A DNA stretch of 64,000 nucleotides from Bacteroidota bacterium (GTDB lineage: Bacteria; Bacteroidota; Bacteroidia; Chitinophagales; JADIYW01). A model generated the notes under the pieces. That model was not told the origin of the DNA. It saw only the letters and a program-made list of their open reading frames with translations, and ran no database searches. The stretch spans positions 147,981-211,980 of the forward strand of contig JADIYW010000002.1 of NCBI GenBank assembly GCA_016705125.1. The letters run 5' to 3'. Below are positions 47,144-55,970 of the stretch, piece after piece; positions within the stretch are counted from its first letter, which is position 1; each line of letters begins with the position of its first letter. The translations under genes and the position numbers were made by a program.

Positions 47144-47487
47144 ATGCCAAGGTCGGTAAATCACGTAGCATCAAGAGCCAGAAGAAAGAAAATTCTTAAA
47201 TTGGCTAAAGGATATTTTTTGAGTAGAAAAAATGTATGGTCTGTAGCAAAAAATGCAGTCGAAAAGGATTAGCATACGCCTATAGCGGACGTAAGCAAAA
47301 AAAGAGAATCTACAGAGGAATCTGGATTACTCGTATCAATGCAGCTGTTAGACCACATGGATTGAGCTATTCAGTTTTCATCAATAAATTATTGAATGCC
47401 AATATATTGTTGAACAGAAAAGTATTAGCTGATTTGGCTTTACACAATCCTGCTACATTTGCAGAAATAGTAAATAAAGTAAAGTAA
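47144..47487 (+). pseudogene. rplT: 50S ribosomal protein L20, one single-base frameshift as assembled (probably intact in vivo)
   Basis: The ATG at 47144 gives [25 protein letters not shown]...AKNAVEK, then a premature TAG. The rest ([14 protein letters not shown]...) is in the next frame (track ORF 47236-47487). The frame changes at the A4 run at 47262-47265. Confidence 0.85.
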
Positions 47488-47510
47488 GACTTTAAATATA
47501 GATTAAAAAA

Positions 47511-47539
47511 AGACTTTCCGAAAGGAAGGTCTTTTTTTT
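47511..47539 (+). terminator. rho-independent terminator after rplT (potentially bidirectional)
   Basis: AGACTTTCC-GAAA-GGAAGGTCT hairpin (9 bp with one G-U pair) followed by T8 and preceded by A6. It lies between convergent rplT and the 47569-48996 gene. Confidence 0.7.
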
Positions 47540-47568
47540 GTTCTAAAATCAATGAATAGTTAATCAGC

Positions 47569-48996
47569 CTATACAAAATACTTTTTATAAAAATCCATTG
47601 CATTTTTATAAAAAATCTTATCAATTATTTCTTTTGGTGTATAATCAAACCAAAGATGCTTTTTGTATTGTTTATTTTCTAGATAATCCTTTAGATCTTG
47701 TTGTAACTTAGGCAATTCGGATGCCGACGAATAAGGATCAATATGCGTAATTGTGCCATCATAATCACTTCCAAAAGCAATTATATCCCAACCCGATTTT
47801 TCTCCTACCGCTTGAACCAACTGAAATACATTATCCAAAAACAATTGTGCATAAGCCTTTCTTTGTTTCATTGAATCAGTAATGGTCGACAATTCCTTTA
47901 TTAAATCAATCCCTCCCAAATTGCCCTTATCCATCATTATGCCTATTAAGCCCTCAGAATCGTGTATAATCCGAGCTTCTTCATCAGAAATATTTATACT
48001 CCATTTAAATAAACGGGAAGTTTTTGCTTTTGCCATTATATCATTTTCCCTAACAGAGGAATCTAAGGTTTTAAATCCATTTGCGCAGGCATGACTACTT
48101 ATTATCGGTATTTTATTATTTGGATTTATATAATTATGATTTTCAATAAAGGCATAATATTCCTTACGCGATTCGACACTCATGTGTTTGGTATCAATTA
48201 AAATACGCTTCCCATTTCTGGTACTTAACAATTCCCGTATTACATGCCATCCTGCCTCAGTTATCCCTTTGTTTTTCCCTCTATTTTGATTCACCAATCC
48301 ATTAATTGGCCGTTTAAAACTAGTAGCATGACCGGCAAGATGATTCCAAAAGTGATGCGAAAGGTTTATGGTAAATGGAGGGAATTCCCAATTTTTAACT
48401 ATTTGAATATTATCTGTCAACTGTTTATGAAGAGCTTCCTTTGAAAGAGCATCTGTTTCTGGCGCGCCAGTATCAAAAACATGTGTGCCCTCAATAGTAA
48501 TAATTCCAATAAAGGTATTATCCTTTTCTAAGGCTTTTTGTAGCTCATTATTATTATTTACAATTACAAATTCATTCTTCCCATCAGGACTTTTCCCTTG
48601 TTGGTTTTTGACATAATTGTATTCTTTATTTAATTCTTCGAAATATTTATAATGTTTTTTTTGCTCTTTAATGCAATCAGCACTATAACCAGTTACTACT
48701 GATTGAGTAATATTTATTTTATTCTTACCAAGTAATGCCGTTGGGACATTGCGTAGGTGCAAAAAACCACGCTCGGTTGGATATAAGGAAATGTGAAAAA
48801 CACGCACATTACCGGCCACCATATTATCTAAATTACATTGTGACTCTTTGGAAATATTAAGTGTTAAATCATTTATTGACTTAGCAAATTTATTCTCTAT
48901 AACATGTTCAATCTTTTCCCACATATTTGCCTTGGGATTTGGAAATCCAGAATTAAAAGATTTTAAATTTGGATGACAATGTAAATCGATAATCAT
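47569..48996 (-). CDS. M19 (renal/membrane dipeptidase)-like peptidase
   Basis: 475 aa with IIDLHCH at the N-terminus, ISSHACANG, EGLIGIMMD and FGSDYDGT segments in the order expected for peptidase family M19. By eye only. Confidence 0.55.
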   Translation of the reverse strand: MIIDLHCHPNLKSFNSGFPNPKANMWEKIEHVIENKFAKSINDLTLNISKESQCNLDNMVAGNVRVFHISLYPTERGFLHLRNVPTALLGKNKINITQSVVTGYSADCIKEQKKHYKYFEELNKEYNYVKNQQGKSPDGKNEFVIVNNNNELQKALEKDNTFIGIITIEGTHVFDTGAPETDALSKEALHKQLTDNIQIVKNWEFPPFTINLSHHFWNHLAGHATSFKRPINGLVNQNRGKNKGITEAGWHVIRELLSTRNGKRILIDTKHMSVESRKEYYAFIENHNYINPNNKIPIISSHACANGFKTLDSSVRENDIMAKAKTSRLFKWSINISDEEARIIHDSEGLIGIMMDKGNLGGIDLIKELSTITDSMKQRKAYAQLFLDNVFQLVQAVGEKSGWDIIAFGSDYDGTITHIDPYSSASELPKLQQDLKDYLENKQYKKHLWFDYTPKEIIDKIFYKNAMDFYKKYFV

Positions 48997-48997
48997 T

Positions 48998-50405
48998 TTA
49001 TTTAATCAATTTTTTATTTAAGGTAATAAATTTATCAGCAGCCTCTATTTCAAAGGCCATTTCTAGTAGTTTTCGCTCCTCTCCTAGCATTGATGCAAAC
49101 TGAACGCCAATAGGCAATCCGTTTTTACTTATTCCTAAAGGTAAAGAAATAGCGGGTGCTCCAGTGATATTTTGCGTTGTTGTAAAATTTACGTAACTAT
49201 TCAACTTCATTATTACATCGATGGTATCTTCCTCGGTACCAAAATGACCAATCAAAGGTGCTGGGTGCGATAGCGTAGGACTAAGCAATAAATCATATTT
49301 TTCGAATAGTTTATTATAGTCATGTGTATGATTTTTTAAATTGCGAATGCTGCTTGCCGCACGAAAGGAAATAAGTGGAAAAAAGCCGCCTAATTGCTTG
49401 GTAAACTTTGCAGTTTTGAAATGATTAAATTTTAATCCATTGATTGCATACTCTGAAATCATCGTTGCAAAGGATAAAAAAGACCAATACACCATAAAAT
49501 CTCTTGTGATTTTATGTTCAAATGGATTGTTTATATATTCCACTTTATGACCAAATGATTCGCATAATTTGCCCGTTTCTAAGACAGCATTTGTAACATC
49601 ATTATCACTCTCAATACCTGTTGAAGATTTGGTAAACATCCCAATTCTTACTCTTTTTTTGTTGGCATTTTCCACCAATCCAATTGGCAAAAGACTAGAG
49701 TTATAATGTTGCTTTTCTAGTCCAGAAATAAAACTTGCGCTATCACGCACCGTTCTACTCACTATCCCATCTTGCGCAATATCTATTGGCACTAATTGCG
49801 ATGCGGATATAATATTTCTTCCACGTGAAGGCTTTAAGCCAACCAAACCACAACATGCAGCTGGGATCCTTATGGAACCGCCGCCGTCAGAAGCATGGGC
49901 GAAAGGTACCACGCCTGCAGCAACTAATGCCGCTGCGCCAGCTGATGAACCACCTGTTGAATGATCTAAATTCCAAGGATTTCTGGTTTCACCGTGTTGT
50001 AATGTTTCGCCACAAGGCAATAAACCAAATTCAGAAGTACTGCTTTTGCCAAGGATTATACTGCCCGTTATAGCTAAAAACTGGTCAACAATTTTGTCAT
50101 TTTTTTTGGCTTCTACTATTTTATAAGCACTCGAACCCTTGAGGGTCGGCATACCTTTTACATCATTTAAGTCTCTTTATAAAAGTAGGCACACCTGCAA
50201 ATATTCCCGTTTGCTTTGTTTTCGAATTTTCCTTAGCTGCGGGAAAATCATCATATACAATTGCATTTATTATTGGATCAATATTTTTTGCCCTTTCAAT
50301 AGCACATTCCACAGCCTCTTGTGCAGAAAATTCTTTCTTTTGAATCTTTTCTGCAATAGCTGTAGCGTCCAAATCTCCTAAAATACCAATACCAAATGTG
50401 TCCAT
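48998..50405 (-). pseudogene. amidase-signature family amidase, split by a 1-nt insertion as assembled
   Basis: The amidase signature GGSSAGAAALVAAGVVPFAHASDGGGSIRIPAACCGLVGLKPSRGR is in ORF 48998-50152; the N-terminal 80 aa is in ORF 50163-50405. Removing one base near 50174 restores GVPTFIKDLNDVKGMPTLKGS, with the conserved KD. Confidence 0.8.
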
Positions 50406-50412
50406 TTTTTTT
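50361..50412. repeat. direct repeat copy 1 (amidase 5-prime end, about 51 bp)
   Basis: TGTAGCGTCCAAATCTCCTAAAATACCAATACC[A]AA[T]GTGTC[C]ATTTTTTT matches 52837-52888 with 3 mismatches. Confidence 0.85.
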
Positions 50413-50450
50413 ATTAATTAAATTATTTCTAAAAATACGTAAAAACTTAA

Positions 50451-51464
50451 AGTATTTTAATTTATTTTATTGGCAATAAAAAAACTACTCATTTCAATAA
50501 AACGATTTATCAAAATATTTTAAAATTAAAACCAATACTCGGCATCAAAAAAACACTTAAATATATTGGAATATCATATCAACAATACCATCAACTAAAA
50601 CAACCAAAAAAGTGTAAGCTATCTGTATTTAAACAATGCCTAATTCAACATCCAAACCAATTACACCAACAAGAAGTAGACATTATTCTACAATACTGTA
50701 CAAATCCAAAATACCAATTTTGGAAACTTATATCCATTTTTCATCAAATCAGACGAGACCGAACCGCATTCTTTAGCCTGCGTACTTTTTATAAATATGC
50801 CAACGCTGCTGGATTCAGAAGACAAAAAATACCCACACAACGAAAAAATCATACCATCGGAATCAGAGCTGGCAAACCACTCGAAATACTGCATGTAGAC
50901 ACCACCATTTTAAGGTTACTCGACCACTCCAAAGCATTTATCCACCTCATTCAAGACAATTTCTCTCGAGCAATTCTCGGTGTAATTGTATCTCAAAAGT
51001 GCCTAGCCCAAAATACGTTCGATAATATCACCCAAGTTTATGAAAAACACTTAAAAGACAAAATCGATTTTAACCCAATTATTATCACCGACGATGGTTC
51101 GGAAAACAAAGGCGAATTCAAAGAATTTACCCAAAAAGCGCTCGACCCATTACTGATACATAAAATTGCTCAATCCATCCATTTTCACTTTTCCAATTCG
51201 ATGATTGAAAATGCCAACAAACAACTGAAATACTGTTTTTTGTATCACCAAAAAATTGAAGACTTTGAGCATTTATTGCCCTTTGTTCAAAAAGCAATTG
51301 AAGATTTCAATAATCGACCCCACGGTGTGCTTAATGGTTTTACTCCAATGGAAGTGCTAAATGGACAATTGCCCCTCAAAATAGACTATTCAGAACAATT
51401 AGCCATTGCGAAAGCCAATAGAATAGCATTAAACAGAAAAATAAAAACTTGTTGTGTCATTTAG
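50451..51464 (+). mobile_element. DDE (rve/integrase-core) transposase reading frame without a canonical start codon
   Basis: The frame is open for ~338 codons and has an HTH-like LGIKKTLKYIGISYQQYHQL. Catalytic contexts are LHVDTT, IITDDGSEN and MIENANKQLK...FNNRPHG (D, D, E spacing of an integrase core). The only in-frame ATG is at 51201. Confidence 0.7.
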
Positions 51465-51683
51465 CACCCTATTTAAACCAATCTGAATACAAAAAATACA
51501 AAAACAAGCGGTATTGCTAATAAGTTAATTCCAAATCAAGCATTACAACCCAAATACAATCTTATAACAAAAGATTTGTTTTTGTTTTGACCAACCCATT
51601 TTCTCCAACTTTTCTCAAACCGCCAAAACACCTTATTTTATTCATTTGTCCGACATTTCGGACACTTTTTTATAATTTGGTCA

Positions 51684-51725
51684 TGCACGTTGCACTGCAC
51701 GTTGCAATGCACTTTGCACTGCACG
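51684..51725. repeat. 12-nt tandem repeat TGCACGTTGCAC x3.5
   Basis: Read directly: TGCACGTTGCAC TGCACGTTGCAA TGCACTTTGCAC TGCACG. It lies about 220 bp downstream of the transposase stop. Confidence 0.85.
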
Positions 51726-51754
51726 GGGCTAGTTTGGGTTATAGATTATATTGG

Positions 51755-52294
51755 TCAGCAACTGTAATTCTCTTTGAAATTACCTAAATTAATATCATTC
51801 AAATTAAAAATTAATCCTTTGTTTTTTAGAAATATATCTCTTGAAGACAATCCTATCAACATAAGAAGGGAAGTAAAACAAGTACATTGTATATCTTCAT
51901 CTTCATCAATATTATTAAAAACTAGAAATAACAATGAAACAATTTTAACGTTTTTTGTTCCAAAATAAGCTGCTGATAAACCAGAAATACAGGTCAATCT
52001 TAAATCGAAATCGCTTTCAATATCTTTTATGTTTTTTAAGGCAAAATCTAAATATACATCTTTTTGTATTTTCAAACCAAACAATATACCATAGATTGCT
52101 ATTCTTTTATTTCATTTCTTTGATCCTCTAAAAACCTGCGTAAACATGTTCAACCATTTAACATCACTTATTATTTCCTTGTAAATAAGATCATAAAGAT
52201 ATGAATATAGTTCACTCTCATTTAATCTAATTTCATTTATATATTGGAGAATTTCTTCTTTTTTGTCCATTTTATTATCTTTTCGTTTTAACAT
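51755..52294 (-). pseudogene. hypothetical gene interrupted by one in-frame TGA (52112-52114)
   Basis: Track ORFs 52112-52294 and 51755-52084 are in the same frame. The 27 nt between them has no other stop (...FRGSKK * NKRIAIYGILFGLKIQ...). No domain recognised. Confidence 0.4.
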
Positions 52295-52836
52295 CTATCT
52301 TATCTCCATATTTATTAGCAGCTCTTTGCAATGCTCCATAAACTGAATCATATTGCTTTTGTAAGTTACTTCTTAGTTCTTTAGCTTCGATACCCCCCTC
52401 CTTAAAGTGACCTTTATTAATTCTTCTTCTAACTGTTTAATTCTTCTATTTAATCCTTTCATGTGTATAGAAATATCATTTAAATGATCCCAAATTTTTC
52501 CATGTTTAAAATTGGATTACAGCCAAATCTCCCCAATCTGGCGCAAGTATGCAGCATTGCTATGTGTGTTGGCGTACTTGTGTCTTATATTTTCTACCAT
52601 GTAACTAATATTGGATCTATTTGTATTATTTCTATCATTCCTTTTTCTCCACTTTAATATTGTTTTGCACAACTATACAACCGACTAAGCAAAACTTATG
52701 AAATATAACTTTTCATTATCATTAAATTTATATTTTCTGATCATTTTTCTTACAAATATAACCAAAATTTGCTTTATTATACCGCACAAGTACTCTATGC
52801 TTTTGGGCTTTGCTGCATACTCCTTGCGCAAGTTTG

Positions 52837-52888
52837 GTGTAGCGTCCAAATCTCCTAAAATACCAATACCGAAAGTGTCTATTTTTTT
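52837..52888. repeat. direct repeat copy 2 (orphan copy of the amidase 5-prime end)
   Basis: On the minus strand it encodes (GTG)KKIDTFGIGILGDLDAT, identical to the amidase N-terminus except I/M, then diverges. It differs from copy 1 at 3 positions, all third codon positions. Confidence 0.85.
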
Positions 52889-52934
52889 CACCTTTTAGTT
52901 TATTTCCAAATAGGCAAAAAAATAAATTTCACTC

Positions 52935-54569
52935 TTAATACTCCGAAATAGTTTTGTCTTGTGGAAATTTGATAGAATAAACCAATTTTATCTTCTTTGA
53001 TTCATTTGGTTTTAGCGTAATATTCCACAGTAATTTTCCATAATCCTCTGTATATTGAGCGCCATCATATTCAAGCAATTCTACTTCTATTTCCTTTTGT
53101 TTTGAGATAGGAACTTGGTCAAGTATCTCAATTTCTACGTTTGTAGTTTTGTTATTTCTGATAATCGTTTCCCAGGCATAGGTTTCTTTTTTATTTTGGC
53201 CTATGATTTTAGATGATGTTTTGTCAACCAGTTTGGTGCGTTTTACAACCACTTTATCATCTTTACCCAAGCTTAGTAATAAGGTATCACCTGAAGTATT
53301 TGGATTTATTGCAACTTGCCCCACATACATATCCTCGAAAAAGATATTTGCATTTCCTGCCAATAAATTATACTTGCCATAATCTGTTATTTTTGCCAAT
53401 AAAAAAGCGGCTGGGTCAAGCTTTGGCACTACATGATATTTATAAGTTGCTGGCACTTCAAAAGTTTTTATACCCACAATATGCTCTTTTCCGTCCGATG
53501 GAATAGTTTGAGTAATATCTATTTCAAATTCAACGTTTATATCATTTTCTTTTACATTTACACCATAATCAAATGCATCAATACCTTCTCTATATGGCTC
53601 ATTCACACCATCACCATCTCTACCCAAGTCCATCGCCATATTCGATTTTTCCATCATTTGCATTGGTTTTTTGGGAGCTGGATCATAACTATTCAAAGGT
53701 GCATAATAAGTAAAATCTACAAATTTTGGATTCATTATTGGCCTATTATTGTCTCTTGTGGGATTTCCAGTGCTAAGTGTAATTTTTGCATCTCTCCAAT
53801 CGAAACCGGTACTTTGGTAAATCTTACCTTTATAATCTAGATTAACAGGTTTATTTGTATTCTCTACTTTTATGTCATACATTGGTGTCCATCCGGCAGA
53901 TGCTACCAAATAGGAACACTTCAAGTTGAGCGCTCCTCCAGTTTCACTATATACACTTAACACTAATTCTTTTACAGGAGTAGATTGTTTATTGTTTAAC
54001 TCATTATATTGTCCTTGATATTTTTCTCTTTTCAACCGCAGTATTCGTTCATTTTTAGACAATTCAAAAAGTTCCTTTTTAATCTCCATCGCTCGTTTCC
54101 TATATACATCAGTTAATTCTATTAGCTCATCTGGAATCAAGCCTTCTTCTTCACTTCCTAATTTATTATTAACATTAAGCAATGCTAATTCCCCCGTATA
54201 AACCGATTTTTGTTCCAACAACCAAGCTATTTCATCATCAATTTCTTGCAGACTATCTTTCATTTTTTTTGCAGCTAAATCATTGTTCACTTCTTGCTTC
54301 GAAAAATAATTAACACGTGTAGTAGCCGACAATAATGAGGCATTTCCCTTTACACCCACTTGCAAACTTGCTTCTTGCATGTTCATTGATACATTAGATA
54401 TCACAATTTCAGAGTTGCCTTTTGGAATAGAAACATTAGCTGTTCTATTTTCCTTGGCCAAAACTCGGTAAACTGTTACAGACACCAATTTGGAGTCTGT
54501 CAATATTTCACCACCAATTAATTGCGTAATGCACAAACATGCAAGTAAGCAGACAAATATTTTTTTCAT
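52935..54569 (-). CDS. DUF4139/DUF4140-type (MuiA-like) secreted protein
   Basis: 544 aa with a signal peptide, an N-terminal VSVTVYRVLAKENRTANVSIPKGNSEIVISNVS pattern and a central coiled coil typical of this family. By eye. Confidence 0.65.
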   Translation of the reverse strand: MKKIFVCLLACLCITQLIGGEILTDSKLVSVTVYRVLAKENRTANVSIPKGNSEIVISNVSMNMQEASLQVGVKGNASLLSATTRVNYFSKQEVNNDLAAKKMKDSLQEIDDEIAWLLEQKSVYTGELALLNVNNKLGSEEEGLIPDELIELTDVYRKRAMEIKKELFELSKNERILRLKREKYQGQYNELNNKQSTPVKELVLSVYSETGGALNLKCSYLVASAGWTPMYDIKVENTNKPVNLDYKGKIYQSTGFDWRDAKITLSTGNPTRDNNRPIMNPKFVDFTYYAPLNSYDPAPKKPMQMMEKSNMAMDLGRDGDGVNEPYREGIDAFDYGVNVKENDINVEFEIDITQTIPSDGKEHIVGIKTFEVPATYKYHVVPKLDPAAFLLAKITDYGKYNLLAGNANIFFEDMYVGQVAINPNTSGDTLLLSLGKDDKVVVKRTKLVDKTSSKIIGQNKKETYAWETIIRNNKTTNVEIEILDQVPISKQKEIEVELLEYDGAQYTEDYGKLLWNITLKPNESKKIKLVYSIKFPQDKTISEY

Positions 54570-54652
54570 TGTTGTATTTTAATTAGCCAAATTAATCAGA
54601 ATTTCATTGTTTGTAATTACTTAAGTTGTTAAAAATTCTTTTCTTTAAAATT

Positions 54653-55704
54653 CTAATAAATGAATCTACTTTTTAATTGCTGGTTCAACCATCTTCCAAC
54701 TGGAATTTCGACAAAAAAAGTAATGCATGTAGCCATTAAAATTACTATAGGTAAGGCAACCAAACTTGCCTGCCAAAGGTTGAAACTACAATGTTTTTCC
54801 AAATAAGGAATAATCAAATCGATACTGAAAAATTGGTGAATAAGATATAAAGCAAACGATATTTTGCCAAGGAATAGAGTGATATCATTTACAATAAAAT
54901 TCAATTTATTGTTTACAAAAAGCAAAAACAAAACAAAATAGAACACAAGCATTCCCAAATATTGATCCCACGAAATAAAGGGCTGCCATCTATCGGTATT
55001 ATCGAGCAATAAAAGTTGAATTACAAAACCGAAAAGCAGGAACACATAATTGGAAATTATTTTTTTTTTTCATTTCCGTTTTTTATTTGATAAAAAAATA
55101 TGCCAGCTAAGAACAATGGCAAATGGTTAAATAAAGGGAAAAAATATTTTATGTTTTGAAATAGATTTGGATAATTTATTGGCAAAATAATTTCATAGCA
55201 CAGTAAAACAAACATTGACAAAAATGCGACAATACTGAAATATTTAATTAACCTCGCTTTAAAAACGAGTAACATCAAAAAGTAAAAAAGAAGTTCAATA
55301 ATCATCGTCCAATATGGGCCATCGAGGTCGGGAATTTTGAAATAATATTGCAGCATGGTCATATTTGGAAGGTATTGTGCAAAACTTATTTGATCTATTG
55401 TAATCACATTATATGCCATTTTTAAAATTATTTGCCCAATAAAAGTAATGGTTACACAAGTCCAATAGGTTGGAAAAAGTCTTGTAAACCGATTAATAAC
55501 AAACTCCCTACCTGAAGAAACCTTGTTTAGTGTCATAAAAATGACAAAACCACTGATGATGAAAAACAAATCGACACCAGTAATGCCTAAATTAAAACCC
55601 AAGTTGGCTTCAGGTTTTTCCATTGTATAATGAAAAAAAATCACCAACATGGCAGCTAAGCCGCGCAATGCATCTAGTTCTTTGTATCTAAATGATTTAT
55701 CCAA
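54653..55704 (-). pseudogene. acyltransferase-3 family membrane O-acyltransferase, split at an 11-nt homopolymer
   Basis: The N-terminal ORF (55057-55704) starts with the LDALRGLAAMLVIFFH signature. The C-terminal ORF (54653-55045) continues the TM helices. The frame changes at T11 (55060-55070; A11 = KKK on the coding strand). Confidence 0.75.
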
Positions 55705-55774
55705 TTATTTGTAAGCTATAAAGTAGCCTTGTAAACATAATAATATAAAAGCAAAAAATAAAATTCAAAAAAAT

Positions 55775-55960
55775 CTATTTCTTCAACCTATCCTTAAAAA
55801 TTTTCTCAAACTTGTCTATTTTGGGTTGTATCACCATTTGGCAATAGCCTTGGCTTTTGTTATTATTGAAATAGTCTTGGTGGTAATCTTCTGCTTTATA
55901 AAAAATAGTAAATGGTTCCAATTGGGTTACGATGGGCGAATCATATAACACTTTATTTAT
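55775..55960 (-). pseudogene. msrA: 3-prime remnant of peptide-methionine (S)-S-oxide reductase msrA
   Basis: The minus strand reads INKVLYDSPIVTQLEPFTIFYKAEDYHQDYFNNNKSQGYCQMVIQPKIDKFEKIFKDRLKK*. This is the conserved MsrA C-terminus (FYxAEDYHQ[DQ]Y). No start or catalytic GCFWG region is present, and it abuts the stop of the 55971 gene. Confidence 0.8.
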
Positions 55961-55970
55961 AATATTTTTT

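Larger units (their letters stand above)
50413..52836. mobile_element. ~2.4-kb inserted segment carrying an rve-type transposase gene and degraded ORFs, flanked by 51-bp direct repeats
   Basis: It is bounded by the two copies of the amidase 5-prime end. It contains the DDE transposase frame 50451-51464, a 12-mer tandem repeat and interrupted ORFs. Confidence 0.6.

Noticed and set aside
51587-51787. 66-aa + strand ORF (…MHVALHVAMHFALHGA…)
   Set aside because: The periodic His/Ala/Leu pattern is the translation of the 12-mer tandem repeat. It is not a credible protein.
52112-52114. In-frame TGA as evidence for an alternative genetic code (TGA = Trp/Gly) or selenocysteine
   Set aside because: TGA terminates other well-supported genes here (for example ccoS and the amidase N-terminal ORF). 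A full RF2 gene with its UGA-dependent autoregulatory frameshift site is also present. No SECIS-like context was evident.
52685-52891. 68-aa minus-strand ORF MKKIDTFGIGILGDLDAT…
   Set aside because: It is a chimera: the first 18 codons are the duplicated amidase 5-prime end and the remainder is unrelated insertion sequence. It is treated as a repeat copy, not a gene.
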